Source: Chamaesiphon sp. (lineage in GTDB: Bacteria > Cyanobacteriota > Cyanobacteriia > Cyanobacteriales > Chamaesiphonaceae). Taken from it: DNA of 64,000 nt. This document shows, one piece after another, positions 42,254-52,687 of the stretch (its first letter is position 1; each line of letters starts with the position of its first letter). Location: positions 64,001-128,000 of the forward strand of contig CBDFFH010000052.1 in NCBI GenBank assembly GCA_965246715.1. Reading direction: 5' to 3'. The notes beneath the pieces were generated by a model. That model did not search any database and was not told where the DNA came from. It saw only the letters and a list, made by a program, of their open reading frames with translations. The position numbers and the translations under genes are program-made.

Positions 42254-43327
42254 CTATTCTTTGTTATTATAATATGCTATTCCCTTATTAATAAATTTTA
42301 AGGTATATGCTTTCTTGTAATCAGTCGCTGGCTTAATAACTTTTACTTTCACTAGTTCATCAAATAGCGATTGCCAGCGGAGATCGTTCATCGTTCCGAT
42401 CCCTAGTTTTTTAACATCACCTTGAGTGATGATTTCATATTGCTTGAGTTTGTCGATACTATAAGAAATTTGGGCATCAGTCATCTCTGGATTGTCTTTT
42501 TTTATCAGCGCGTTACCTGGTGCGGGATTTCTGAGATAACTATACCAACCCTCGATCGACGCATCGACAAATCGCTGTACTAAATCTGGCTTTTCAGCCA
42601 CCATTTTATTCGTGGTCTCGATCGTAAAATTGTAGGGATTATAACCATATTCTGATAATGGCAGCACGATCGGCTTAATTTTAGCTTGGGTTTCGATCGC
42701 ATAAGGCTCGGCGGTTAAAATCCCTTGCTGAACCAAAGTTTTGTCCTGCAAGAAAGGGGCGATATTAAAGTTATAAGGACGTTTTTGGCTATCGCTAAAA
42801 CCATATCGAGATTTTAAGATCGGCCAATAAGTTCCGTCTGCCGCAGCGCCAACTAAAATTGGCTTACCCTTAAGCTTGGCTAACGAATCATTCCCACTAT
42901 TTGGATGAGCGATCAGGACTTGAATTTCTTTTTGAAAAATTGCGGCAACGGTTACTTTCGGAATGCCAGCCTCGACAGATTTGATCGCATCAACAGCATG
43001 TCCGAGATAAAAGTCGATCCCACCACCCATCAATAATAATCCGCCATTGATCCGAGGGCCACCTTGTTGGATTTTTACGTCCAATCCCCGCGACTTGTAG
43101 ATGCCTTCGGCGACAGCTTGATAGAAACCACCATACTCAGCTTCAGCGACCCACGATAGTCCTAAATTAATCGGATCTAATTTGGTAGCTGGAGGAGTCG
43201 ATCGATCGGTGTTATTAGAAGTAGAATTGAGATTACATGCTGTCAAGACTGACGTGCCGACTGCGATCGAAGTGTATCGAATAAATTTTCGCCGTTTAAT
43301 CACGCATTTTTCTTCATACAACAACAA
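42254..43327 (-). CDS. ABC substrate-binding lipoprotein, NMT1/THI5 family
   Basis: KRRKF twin-Arg-like leader, LTAC lipobox, WVAEAEYGGFYQA, GLDVKIQQGGP; start may be about 43300. Confidence 0.85.
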   Translation of the reverse strand: MLLYEEKCVIKRRKFIRYTSIAVGTSVLTACNLNSTSNNTDRSTPPATKLDPINLGLSWVAEAEYGGFYQAVAEGIYKSRGLDVKIQQGGPRINGGLLLMGGGIDFYLGHAVDAIKSVEAGIPKVTVAAIFQKEIQVLIAHPNSGNDSLAKLKGKPILVGAAADGTYWPILKSRYGFSDSQKRPYNFNIAPFLQDKTLVQQGILTAEPYAIETQAKIKPIVLPLSEYGYNPYNFTIETTNKMVAEKPDLVQRFVDASIEGWYSYLRNPAPGNALIKKDNPEMTDAQISYSIDKLKQYEIITQGDVKKLGIGTMNDLRWQSLFDELVKVKVIKPATDYKKAYTLKFINKGIAYYNNKE

Positions 43328-43385
43328 AATTCTAACTTGTCGTTAGGTTAGAAGCAATTGGATTTAATGCTTAGCTAGTACATAA

Positions 43386-43922
43386 ATGCCCTCTAATTGG
43401 TCTCAGGAACTCTATATCAAAGCTTATCGGTTTGCAACCCAAGCTCATCGGGGGCAAATATATCCTGGTACTGGGTTGCCGTACATCATGCATTTGAGTT
43501 TCGCGAGCATGGAAATCCTGGGAGTGCTAAATGTCGAGCCGGGACACGATGGAGATTTGGCAGTACAATGTGCCTTGCTGCACGACTCGATCGAAGATAC
43601 CGAAGTTACCTACGCAGATTTAGCATCGACATTTGGCGTACAGGTAGCCAACGGCGTACAGGCGTTAAGTAAAGATCCAACCTTGGACAAATCGCGACAA
43701 TTAACCGATAGTCTACAGCGGATTCGATCGCAGCCACCAGAAATCTGGATGGTAAAATTAGCCGATCGCATTTCCAATCTTCAGCCACCGCCATCACATT
43801 GGACGCAGGATAAAATTATTCGTTATCGGGATGAAGCGATCGAAATTCATACTGCACTCAAAGATGCGAGTCCATTTCTGGCGTTGAGATTGGCTGAAAA
43901 GATTGAGAATTATCTTGTCTAG
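43386..43922 (+). CDS. stand-alone HD-domain (p)ppGpp hydrolase-like protein (Mesh1/SAH type)
   Basis: AH.GQ...PYIMH, ALLHDSIEDT, VKLADRISNL. Confidence 0.85.
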   Translation: MPSNWSQELYIKAYRFATQAHRGQIYPGTGLPYIMHLSFASMEILGVLNVEPGHDGDLAVQCALLHDSIEDTEVTYADLASTFGVQVANGVQALSKDPTLDKSRQLTDSLQRIRSQPPEIWMVKLADRISNLQPPPSHWTQDKIIRYRDEAIEIHTALKDASPFLALRLAEKIENYLV

Positions 43923-44055
43923 ATTTAATGAGCCGATTATCTCGATCCAAAGACCGTTCTCATAACTGTTCCCTGTTGGCTATTCACTGTCCGTCCCCCT
44001 AACGGCTTATATTTAAGGTTAGATAAATTTTTAGATAATCAAATCAATAAAAATT

Positions 44056-45237
44056 GTGAAAGCGATTACCTTACTTGGCTCCACTGGCTCGATCGGGACT
44101 CAAACCCTAGATATCGTCGATCGCAATCCCGATAAATTTCGGATCGTCGGACTAGCGGCGGGTAATAACGTCGAGATGTTAGCACAACAGGTGCTAAAAT
44201 TTCGGCCAGAAATCGTTGCCATTGGTAATGAAGCCAAGTTACCTGAGTTAAAAGCTGCACTTTCGACCTTAGATTATCGACCGATTATCGTTGCTGGTGA
44301 TGCAGGTACGATCGAAGTTGCGGCATATGGCGATGCAAAAAGTGTCGTCACTGGGATCGTCGGCTGTGCGGGACTCCTCCCGACGATTGCTGCGATTAAA
44401 GCGGGTAAGGATATCGCCTTAGCGAATAAAGAAACCCTGATTGCTGCGGGGCCAGTAATCCTTCCCTTGGTCGAAAAACATGGCGTAAAGCTGCTCCCCG
44501 CCGACTCCGAACACTCGGCAATATTCCAGTGCTTGCAAGGCGTTCCGGTTGGTGGCTTGCGGCGGATTATTTTGACAGCTTCCGGTGGTGCTTTTCGGGA
44601 TCTCCCGATCGAGAAATTAGCCTCAGTTAAGGTTGTTGACGCGCTCAAGCATCCCAATTGGACGATGGGACAAAAAATTACGATCGACTCAGCCACCCTG
44701 ATGAATAAGGGTTTAGAGGTGATTGAGGCGCATTATTTATTTGGGATGGACTATGACAATATCGATATCGTCATCCACCCACAAAGTATCATTCACTCGC
44801 TGATCGAAGTTCAGGATACGTCGGTGCTAGCACAATTGGGTTGGCCGGATATGCGGTTGCCATTACTCTATGCCATGTCCTGGCCAGAACGCATCTATAC
44901 CGACTGGGAGAAATTCGATCTCGTCAAGGCTGGCGATCTGACCTTCCGCGCACCCGATCGACAGAAGTATCCCTGTATGGATTTGGCTTACACCGCAGGT
45001 CGCGCTGGTGGCTCGATGCCAGCGGTACTCAGTGCCGCTAACGAGCAAGCAGTGGCGTTATTTTTAGCAGAAAAAATTCAATTTATTGATATTCCGACAG
45101 TTATCGAGCAAGTCTGCGACAAGCATCGCGCTGACAATCAGCTCACGCCAAGTTTAGATGATATTATCGCAGCCGATCTGTGGGCACGAAAAATGGCGAT
45201 CGAATTTACCGATCGAATTGAGACGATTTTAGTTTAG
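44056..45237 (+). CDS. dxr: 1-deoxy-D-xylulose-5-phosphate reductoisomerase
   Basis: [51 protein letters not shown]. Confidence 0.97.
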   Translation: MKAITLLGSTGSIGTQTLDIVDRNPDKFRIVGLAAGNNVEMLAQQVLKFRPEIVAIGNEAKLPELKAALSTLDYRPIIVAGDAGTIEVAAYGDAKSVVTGIVGCAGLLPTIAAIKAGKDIALANKETLIAAGPVILPLVEKHGVKLLPADSEHSAIFQCLQGVPVGGLRRIILTASGGAFRDLPIEKLASVKVVDALKHPNWTMGQKITIDSATLMNKGLEVIEAHYLFGMDYDNIDIVIHPQSIIHSLIEVQDTSVLAQLGWPDMRLPLLYAMSWPERIYTDWEKFDLVKAGDLTFRAPDRQKYPCMDLAYTAGRAGGSMPAVLSAANEQAVALFLAEKIQFIDIPTVIEQVCDKHRADNQLTPSLDDIIAADLWARKMAIEFTDRIETILV

Positions 45238-45257
45238 AAATTATCACTGCGCCCACA

Positions 45258-45286
45258 TCCCCGACTTCTCAAAGAAGTCGGGGATA
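45258..45286. terminator. palindromic repeat / terminator after dxr
   Basis: ATCCCCGACTTCT-caa-AGAAGTCGGGGAT. Confidence 0.7.
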
Positions 45287-45476
45287 TTTATTATTGAGAA
45301 CCAGAGTCAATCTTCCCAAAAACTGAAAAAATTCCACTCTTGCTCCGGCTGTCAACCACGTCTCTCGATCGGCTGGAAGAGTCTTTAAAATTAGAATCCA
45401 AGGAATGCCGCTCTAATTTTATATTGCCAAGTCCAATTTCGTTACAATGAGGTGCTGTCTGTCAGGGTGAACATCG

Positions 45477-48400
45477 ATGCATCGTCTCGCTACAATACCG
45501 GGTGGTTGGAATCCTGCTGCTGAAGGTGTAATCTTTGTCGAACAACAGCCAGCACCGATCGCATTTATTACTGCTGCGGATACGGATATTCAGACTTTAG
45601 GCGTTGCGGTAACTAAGTTACCGGAAGGGTTTCCACCGCTGCGAGTAATAAATTTATTGCAGTTACAGCAGCAATTGACGATCGATACTTATGCTGAAGA
45701 TGTGCTGACTGCTGCGCAGATTATTATTGTCCGGTTAATTGGGGGACAAGCTTATTGGAGCTATGGGCTGGAAGTAGTCCAGGAGACAGCCAGACAGACG
45801 GGAGCAGTGTTAATCGTTTTGCCAGGAGATGAGCGTCCCGATCCGACGTTGATGAGCCATTCGACTGCGAGTTTGGCGGATGTCGATCGAGTGTGGAAGT
45901 ATTTGATTGAAGGTGGGGTAGATAATTACCGTCAGTTATTGCACTTTATCGCAAATCGCTGGCTAGAGTATGAGTGCGAATATCGATCTCCAGCAGCTGT
46001 GCCCAGGGTGGGGATTTACGATGCCCACCGCTGGCTTCCCAATGGTTTACCGTTGCATTCTGGAGTGGGAATTATCTTCTATCGGGCGCACTATCTATCT
46101 GGAAATACTGCCGCGATCGAGGCAATATGTCAAGCGCTAGTAATGCGAGAGCTAACACCGATACCAATTTATGTCTCGTCGCTCAAAGATCCCGCAGTGC
46201 AAGCGGAGTTAATTACTTACTCTCAGCATAGTGCTGGCGTTTTGCTGAATACTACCAGCTTTTCCCTCGCCAGCCTCGATACCGATACTCCCCAAGTCGG
46301 ATTGTGGACGAGTCTAAATTTACCAGTATTTCAGGTAATTTTAAGCGGTGTTGGGAGAGATTTTTGGGAATCTGGTTGGCAAGGTTTGACTCCCCGCGAT
46401 ATGGCGATGAATGTGGCATTACCAGAGGTGGATGGACGGATTATTACGCGGGCGGTGTCTTTCAAGGCAGTCCAAACTCAGAATCCGTTAATTCAGACAG
46501 ATGTATTGGTGTACGAACCTGTAATCGATCGAGTGGAGTTTGTGGCAGAATTAGCTTTAAATTGGGTCAAGCTGCGCGAAACGAAGGTGTGCGATCGCCA
46601 AGTCGCCCTAATCCTCGCGAACTATCCTACCCGCGATGGGCGGTTGGCGAATGGAGTAGGTTTAGATACGCCCCAAAGTTGTGTCGAAATCCTTCACGCG
46701 CTCAAGGCTGCGGGTTATCAGGTGGGGGATATTCCGGCGGATAGTGGGGAGTTAATTAAGTTATTAACAACGGGAATTACTAACGATCCTGAAGGTGAGG
46801 GTTGGCGGAAAGTTTATCAGTCGTTGTCTAGCGAAGAGTATCAGGCGCATTTTGCGACGCTACCGCTGAAGGTGAAACAGGGGATAATCGATCGATGGGG
46901 TTATCCAGCTCTAGCCGGAGGGTACCCACAAGGGGCACCCCTACAAACCTTGACTCCGACTCTTACTCCCCTCCTTGGAGGGGCTGGGGGTGGGTTAAAC
47001 GCTACGCCACCCACTACCTATCCCATCCCAGGTATTCAATTTGGTAACGTCTTCGTCGGCATCCAGCCAACACGCGGCTACGACAAAGATCCCGATCTAA
47101 ATTACCACGCCCCCGATCTCGCACCCACTCATCAATATGTCGCCTTCTACCACTGGGTACGCGCCAACTTCGGCGCAAATGCGATCGTGCATGTCGGCAA
47201 ACATGGCAATTTAGAATGGCTCCCAGGAAAAAGTGTCGCGTTGTCTGAAAATTGCTATCCCGAAGCAGTATTCGGCGCAATGCCCCATCTATACCCCTTC
47301 ATCGTCAACGATCCTGGCGAAGGTTCCCAAGCGAAACGCCGTAGCCAAGCGGTAATTATCGATCATCTCACTCCACCCATGACACGGGCGGAACTCTATG
47401 GGAGTTTGCATCAATTAGAAGGCTTAATCGATGAGTATTATGAAGCCCAAACCCTCGATCCGCTGCGGATGCCAGTAATTCGCGATCGATTGCTAAACCT
47501 AATCCAACAAGAAAACCTCCACAAAGATCTCGGCATCAACGACAACCAATTTCCCTCCTCGGAGCGGCTCGCGCCCGTCGGGTTCCCCGACGCGAAAAGC
47601 GAGACAAGACAGGGGTACCCGCAGGGTGGCGTGGGTTCAGGTTCCGACGCGATCCTCACCCAGTTTTTAAATACTGCTGACGGTTATCTTTGCGAATTAA
47701 AAGAAGCACAAATCCGCGATGGTTTGCATATCTTTGGGCAATGTCCCCAGGATACCCAATTGCGAGATCTCATTGTCGCGATCGCCCGTAATCCTAATGC
47801 TAACAGGCTGGGATTAACACGTGCGATCGCCTTAGATTGGAATCTAGATTTCGATCCATTAACGGCAGATTTAGGCGAAGAATTAATCAACTTCTCCATC
47901 CCTACTCTTACTCCCCTCCTTGGAGGGACTGGGGGTGGGTTACACACCGCAACGAAGCCAGCAAGCAAACCCTGTCGCATTATCGGCGACGCAGTAGAAA
48001 TCCTTGAAGAACACGCCGCCGAACTAGTCACAAGGTTGATAGAAGCAAGTGCCGATGCTAAAGGATACCCACTGCTTGGTGAAACGCACGCTGAGGCTTC
48101 CTCAGCGCGATTTCATCCGCAAGGGGCACCCCTACAGGTTGATGGTGTGCAAATAGGCACCCACACCCAAGCCGAACTAGACTGGATAAAAGATCGACTC
48201 CTCCCCGCTCTCCACCAAACCAACCTCGAAATGGTTAACCTATTACGCGGTTTGAATGGTGAGTACATCCCCAGCGGCGCATCTGGCGCACCAACTAGAG
48301 GGAAACCCGAAGTTCTCCCCACCGGACGAAATTTTTACTCCGTCGATATTCGTGCCGTACCTACCGAAACCGCCTGGTGTTTGGGACGCAAAGCAGCAGA

Positions 48401-49535
48401 AGTGTTGGTCGATCGCTATACTCAAGACAATGGTGAATATCCCAAAACCCTCGGCTTATCAATTTGGGGAACTTCTACCATGCGAACTGGTGGCGACGAT
48501 ATCGCCCAGGCTTTAGCCTTAATTGGCGTTCAACCTGTCTGGGATGGAGTATCGCGGCGAGTGGTGGATTTTGAGATCTTACCGCTATCGATTTTAGGTC
48601 GTCCTCGCGTTGATGTCACCCTGCGAATTTCTGGCTTTTTCCGCGATGCCTTCCCCAATCTGATCGATTTATTCGATAGCGCAGTCAAAGCCGTCGCCGC
48701 ATTAGATGAAACCCCAGTACAAAATCCCCTCGCCGCGCAAGTGCAACAGGAAAAACTTAAATGGCTGGAGCAGGGAGTGGAAATAAACGAAGCCGAAACT
48801 CGATCTCATTACCGAATTTTCGGCTCGAAAGCTGGGGCTTATGGAGCAGGATTGCAAGGATTAATCGAGTCACAAAACTGGGAAAGCGAGGCAGATTTAG
48901 CCCAAGCTTATATTAATTGGAGTGCTTATGCTTATACCAACAAAGCTGAAGGAATAGCTGCACCCGAAGCATTTAATCAACGTTTAGATAATATGCAGAT
49001 CGTCCTCCAAAATCAAGATAATCGCGAACATGATTTACTCGACTCGGATGATTATTATCAATTTCAAGGTGGTTTAACCGCCGCAGTTAAAACAGTTTCA
49101 GGGAAAACACCGGAAGCTTATTTCGGCGATAATTCCCGCACAGAACAACCCAAAGTTCGCAAACTTACAGAAGAGATAAATCGTGTCTATCGATCGCGTG
49201 TCGTCAACCCCAAATGGATCGCTGGAGCCATGCGTCACGGCTACAAGGGAGCCGCAGAAATGGCAGCGACATTAGATTTCTTATTTGCCTACGATGCCAC
49301 GGCTAATTGTGTCCAGGACTTCATGTATCAAGGTGTTGCAGATACTTATTTATTCGATGAAACGGTGCGAGAATTTATCGAACAAAATAATCCCTGGGTG
49401 CAGCGAGATATGGCGGAAAGGTTGCTCGAAGCCAATCAGCGGGGTTTGTGGGAAGATGTGGAGTTGGGGACGTTGGAGCGGTTGAGGTTAATGGTAAATG
49501 AATCTGAAGGCGTAATTGAATCCCAAGGGAATTAA
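45477..49535 (+). CDS. cobN: cobaltochelatase subunit CobN with several in-frame repeat insertions
   Basis: MHRLAT.PGGW, VALPEVDGRI, HVGKHGNLEWLPGK, LPTGRNFYSVD, NREHDLLDSDDYYQFQGG, MRHGYKGA. Confidence 0.95.
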   Translation: MHRLATIPGGWNPAAEGVIFVEQQPAPIAFITAADTDIQTLGVAVTKLPEGFPPLRVINLLQLQQQLTIDTYAEDVLTAAQIIIVRLIGGQAYWSYGLEVVQETARQTGAVLIVLPGDERPDPTLMSHSTASLADVDRVWKYLIEGGVDNYRQLLHFIANRWLEYECEYRSPAAVPRVGIYDAHRWLPNGLPLHSGVGIIFYRAHYLSGNTAAIEAICQALVMRELTPIPIYVSSLKDPAVQAELITYSQHSAGVLLNTTSFSLASLDTDTPQVGLWTSLNLPVFQVILSGVGRDFWESGWQGLTPRDMAMNVALPEVDGRIITRAVSFKAVQTQNPLIQTDVLVYEPVIDRVEFVAELALNWVKLRETKVCDRQVALILANYPTRDGRLANGVGLDTPQSCVEILHALKAAGYQVGDIPADSGELIKLLTTGITNDPEGEGWRKVYQSLSSEEYQAHFATLPLKVKQGIIDRWGYPALAGGYPQGAPLQTLTPTLTPLLGGAGGGLNATPPTTYPIPGIQFGNVFVGIQPTRGYDKDPDLNYHAPDLAPTHQYVAFYHWVRANFGANAIVHVGKHGNLEWLPGKSVALSENCYPEAVFGAMPHLYPFIVNDPGEGSQAKRRSQAVIIDHLTPPMTRAELYGSLHQLEGLIDEYYEAQTLDPLRMPVIRDRLLNLIQQENLHKDLGINDNQFPSSERLAPVGFPDAKSETRQGYPQGGVGSGSDAILTQFLNTADGYLCELKEAQIRDGLHIFGQCPQDTQLRDLIVAIARNPNANRLGLTRAIALDWNLDFDPLTADLGEELINFSIPTLTPLLGGTGGGLHTATKPASKPCRIIGDAVEILEEHAAELVTRLIEASADAKGYPLLGETHAEASSARFHPQGAPLQVDGVQIGTHTQAELDWIKDRLLPALHQTNLEMVNLLRGLNGEYIPSGASGAPTRGKPEVLPTGRNFYSVDIRAVPTETAWCLGRKAAEVLVDRYTQDNGEYPKTLGLSIWGTSTMRTGGDDIAQALALIGVQPVWDGVSRRVVDFEILPLSILGRPRVDVTLRISGFFRDAFPNLIDLFDSAVKAVAALDETPVQNPLAAQVQQEKLKWLEQGVEINEAETRSHYRIFGSKAGAYGAGLQGLIESQNWESEADLAQAYINWSAYAYTNKAEGIAAPEAFNQRLDNMQIVLQNQDNREHDLLDSDDYYQFQGGLTAAVKTVSGKTPEAYFGDNSRTEQPKVRKLTEEINRVYRSRVVNPKWIAGAMRHGYKGAAEMAATLDFLFAYDATANCVQDFMYQGVADTYLFDETVREFIEQNNPWVQRDMAERLLEANQRGLWEDVELGTLERLRLMVNESEGVIESQGN

Positions 49536-49631
49536 TAGTAAATTTAATACTAAGGAATAATTATATTCTTTAAGTATGCTAGCGATCGCAAAATTAATAA
49601 CTCTGATGTTGTGTAAATAATGAAATAATTT

Positions 49632-50318
49632 TTACTTTAATTTCCAGCGATCGATCGCCAACACGCCGATGAAAGATACTACTATAACAACGATCGCCCA
49701 AAACCACCCTTCCTCGATATTACCCGCCTCTACTGAAAAATAGATTGCCATCGGGATTGTCTGAGTTTGCCCAGGGATATTTCCCGCCAGCAATAGAGTT
49801 GCCCCAAATTCACCCAACGCACGGGCAAAAGCTAGTACCGTTCCTCCCAGAATTCCTGGCATTGCCAAGGGTAAGGCAATATACCAAAACACTTCGGTTT
49901 CTGATGCACCCTCAAGCCTAGCAGCATCGAGTAGCAATTTATCGATTTGCTCGAATGCGCCTAAAGCCGCGCGATAGATCAGGGGAAAGGCAATAACTGC
50001 GGCGGCGATAACTGCAGCATACCAAGTAAATACGAGCCGAAAATCCCATCGAGCGAGGATCTGCCCCAGCCAGCCATTTTTGCCAAATAACATTAGTAAG
50101 ATGAATCCGACGACAGTTGGCGGTAAGATCAGGGGCACGATCGCGATTCCTTCCACGATCGAAATTGCCGTATTTTGTAGTACAGAAAGTCGGCATCTAG
50201 CGCGGAATCGATACATATTATATGCGGCAATCGTCCCCACACCAACCGCGATCGTCGTTGCAAATAGTGATACTTTACCAGATATCCATAGCGGCGATAA
50301 ATCGGGAATCGACATCAC
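49632..50318 (-). CDS. modB: molybdate ABC transporter permease
   Basis: PLILPPTVVGF.LL, FARALGEFGAT...GNIPGQTQT. Confidence 0.92.
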   Translation of the reverse strand: MMSIPDLSPLWISGKVSLFATTIAVGVGTIAAYNMYRFRARCRLSVLQNTAISIVEGIAIVPLILPPTVVGFILLMLFGKNGWLGQILARWDFRLVFTWYAAVIAAAVIAFPLIYRAALGAFEQIDKLLLDAARLEGASETEVFWYIALPLAMPGILGGTVLAFARALGEFGATLLLAGNIPGQTQTIPMAIYFSVEAGNIEEGWFWAIVVIVVSFIGVLAIDRWKLK

Positions 50319-50335
50319 CTAACAGTCCTGTGCGT

Positions 50336-51145
50336 TCATGATTTGGCAATCCCGAAACCATATTTTTTAAAAATTTCCTGCACTGGTTTAGTTTGGAGAA
50401 ATGCTATGTACTTTTTAGCAGCTGCGATCGATTTACTCGATTTGAGAATGGCAACTGGATAAATAATTGGGGTATGAAGTATGGCATTGGCGATCGCGGC
50501 AACTACCACTCGATCGGAACTTTTGGCATCAGAGATATAAACGATTCCGGCATCGGCATCGCCTGTTTCTACAGCTGCTAATACCGCTCGAACATTATTT
50601 GCCAATACAAACTTCGATTTCACCCGTTCTAAAATACCCAAGTTAGCGAACGTTTCGGTGGCATATTGTCCAACGGGAACGCTGCGCGGTTCGCCGATCG
50701 CAATTCGTTGGATTTCCGGCTGCACTAATTGGCGAAAATCTGTTAATTTTCGGGTTGATGTTTTGGCTGTAATTAAAACTAAGCGATTTGTCAGTAAATT
50801 TTTTTGAGTATTCGCCACGAGCAAATTTTGCTGCTGCAATGCTTGCATCTGTTTGCTAGAAGCTGAAATAAATAGATCGATCGGTGCGCCTTGTTCGATC
50901 TGTTGTTGCAGTGCGCCAGATGAGCCAAAATTATATTTTACTTGGTAATTTCCAATCGATTGTCCGATCGAGTGGATCTCTCGGAGTGCTGGTTGCAAAC
51001 TAGCAGCGGCGGCAACGAGTAAAGTTGATGATTGAGAGCCTACTGGCTGCGGCGACTGGGTGAGGAAAGCATAAATAGCGATTGCCACCGTTACCAAACA
51101 GCTTACTAGCACAGCTTTAATCGATTTTTTCCTGACGATCGACAC
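50336..51145 (-). CDS. modA: molybdate ABC transporter substrate-binding protein
   Basis: VAAAASL, FGSSGALQQQIEQGAP.DLFISA, PRSVPVGQYA, DAGIVY.SDA. Confidence 0.93.
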   Translation of the reverse strand: MSIVRKKSIKAVLVSCLVTVAIAIYAFLTQSPQPVGSQSSTLLVAAAASLQPALREIHSIGQSIGNYQVKYNFGSSGALQQQIEQGAPIDLFISASSKQMQALQQQNLLVANTQKNLLTNRLVLITAKTSTRKLTDFRQLVQPEIQRIAIGEPRSVPVGQYATETFANLGILERVKSKFVLANNVRAVLAAVETGDADAGIVYISDAKSSDRVVVAAIANAILHTPIIYPVAILKSSKSIAAAKKYIAFLQTKPVQEIFKKYGFGIAKS

Positions 51146-51198
51146 GATCTTGCTCCAAAATCTTATCTTGCCGAAAATACCAACCTCCTGTCAAGATT

Positions 51199-52455
51199 TT
51201 AGCAACTAAGTTTGCCCTGGATTTCTCGACCCAGCCAGGAAGTATTGTGGGAGAGAGATTTAAGCGTATCGATCGAGACTTGCCAAGATTGTTGCGGATC
51301 GAACAGGATCGACTCGGTGGGTAGAGATTGGTGCAGACACTCGGCAGGTTTGCTGCTGAGCGCTCGCCAAAGTTCGATCGCGGTTAATTTGCCAGGAACT
51401 ACGAGCTGTTGCCACAGCAGCGGTAGGGCTAATTCTAAGCCGATCGCACCAGGAGGTGCCTCACCAAAGGCGACGGTTTTTTCCTCATAGGTGTAAGGGC
51501 GATGATCGATCGCGATCGCATCTAATACCCCAGTTTTTATCCCCTCAATCAGCGCTATTTGGTCTGTGGGGGTGCCCAGAGGGGGATCGAGCTTTAAGTT
51601 GGGGTTATAGTTGGCTAAATCGATTGTATTAGCAAGCAGGTGCAGCCAGGTAGTACTCGCAGTGACGGGCACGCCGCGTTGTTTGGCGGCAGCGATTAAT
51701 TCTACGCCTCGGCGGGTAGAGATGCGCATCAGGTGAACGGGAGTCCCGATTTCACCAATGATTTCGAGGGTAGCAGCTAGCGCGGCAGTCTCGCTCCCGA
51801 CCGGATCGATGGGTAACCCATACCTGAGCGCGGCTACGCCGGATCTGGCAATGCCATTACCGCGTAATTCTCGATCGCAAGCATACAAAGCAATCGGTCG
51901 ATTGTAGGATGTGAGGTACTCTAGGAGATTGCGAACCAGCAGGGGATTGGCGATCGCGCGACCGTCGGCCCAGCCAGTAATATTAGTTGTGGCGATTTCT
52001 GCCAACTCAGTCATGGCTTTGCCAGCGACTTCCACCGTCAGTGCGCCCCAGTAGCCGAGTTTGGGTGCATTAGGCATCAGGTCTGCTACTTGTCGATAGT
52101 GGCGATCGAGACTGATAATACCACTCACTCGATCGAGTGCAGGTAAAGTATCCGGCAAAATGTTAACTCTTACAAAGCCACCCGCTCTAGCGCTCGCCAA
52201 TAAAGATTCGATCGTCTCGCGCTCTTCGTGTCCTGGCGTACCACTATGACTGTATATGTCTACCAATCCCGGCGCAAAAATCAAATGTTGTCCGGGGATA
52301 ATCTCTAGTTCGTCGGGTAACTGAGTAGTGTCCCCAACTTCCTCAATTACTCGATCCGTCAGAACAGCGGAGCTATCCTTAAAGAATATATCTCCCACTC
52401 TGTCGATTTGCGCGATCGGGTCTAAGATTCTTACCTGTTGAAATAATTTCGACAT
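51199..52455 (-). CDS. pyrC: dihydroorotase-like protein
   Basis: PGLVD, PGHEERETI, PVHLMRIST, PPLG, IAIDH; HxH appears as YSH, so possibly non-catalytic. Confidence 0.8.
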   Translation of the reverse strand: MSKLFQQVRILDPIAQIDRVGDIFFKDSSAVLTDRVIEEVGDTTQLPDELEIIPGQHLIFAPGLVDIYSHSGTPGHEERETIESLLASARAGGFVRVNILPDTLPALDRVSGIISLDRHYRQVADLMPNAPKLGYWGALTVEVAGKAMTELAEIATTNITGWADGRAIANPLLVRNLLEYLTSYNRPIALYACDRELRGNGIARSGVAALRYGLPIDPVGSETAALAATLEIIGEIGTPVHLMRISTRRGVELIAAAKQRGVPVTASTTWLHLLANTIDLANYNPNLKLDPPLGTPTDQIALIEGIKTGVLDAIAIDHRPYTYEEKTVAFGEAPPGAIGLELALPLLWQQLVVPGKLTAIELWRALSSKPAECLHQSLPTESILFDPQQSWQVSIDTLKSLSHNTSWLGREIQGKLSC

Positions 52456-52687
52456 TCAGCTTGGTGATTTTGGATTTTAGATGCGCTCGTTGGCGCAGCC
52501 TCGCCGCTGGCGATACGGAACGAGAATCGTTAATTGAGGAGTTGTCGGAATAAGTTAAGGCAAGTGGCGATACTAATAAATAATCTTGCTGCAAAATATC
52601 ATCTCATCACAAGCAGTACAGAGATCGCAGAGTATCCTTTGTTCTTAGACCCACAAAATCGTAGCTAAAATTGGCAACATCGGGTGT

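Noticed and set aside
46900..48140. Inteins or introns in cobN
   Set aside because: The inserts are short, lack Cys/Ser...His-Asn ends and match dispersed DNA repeats instead
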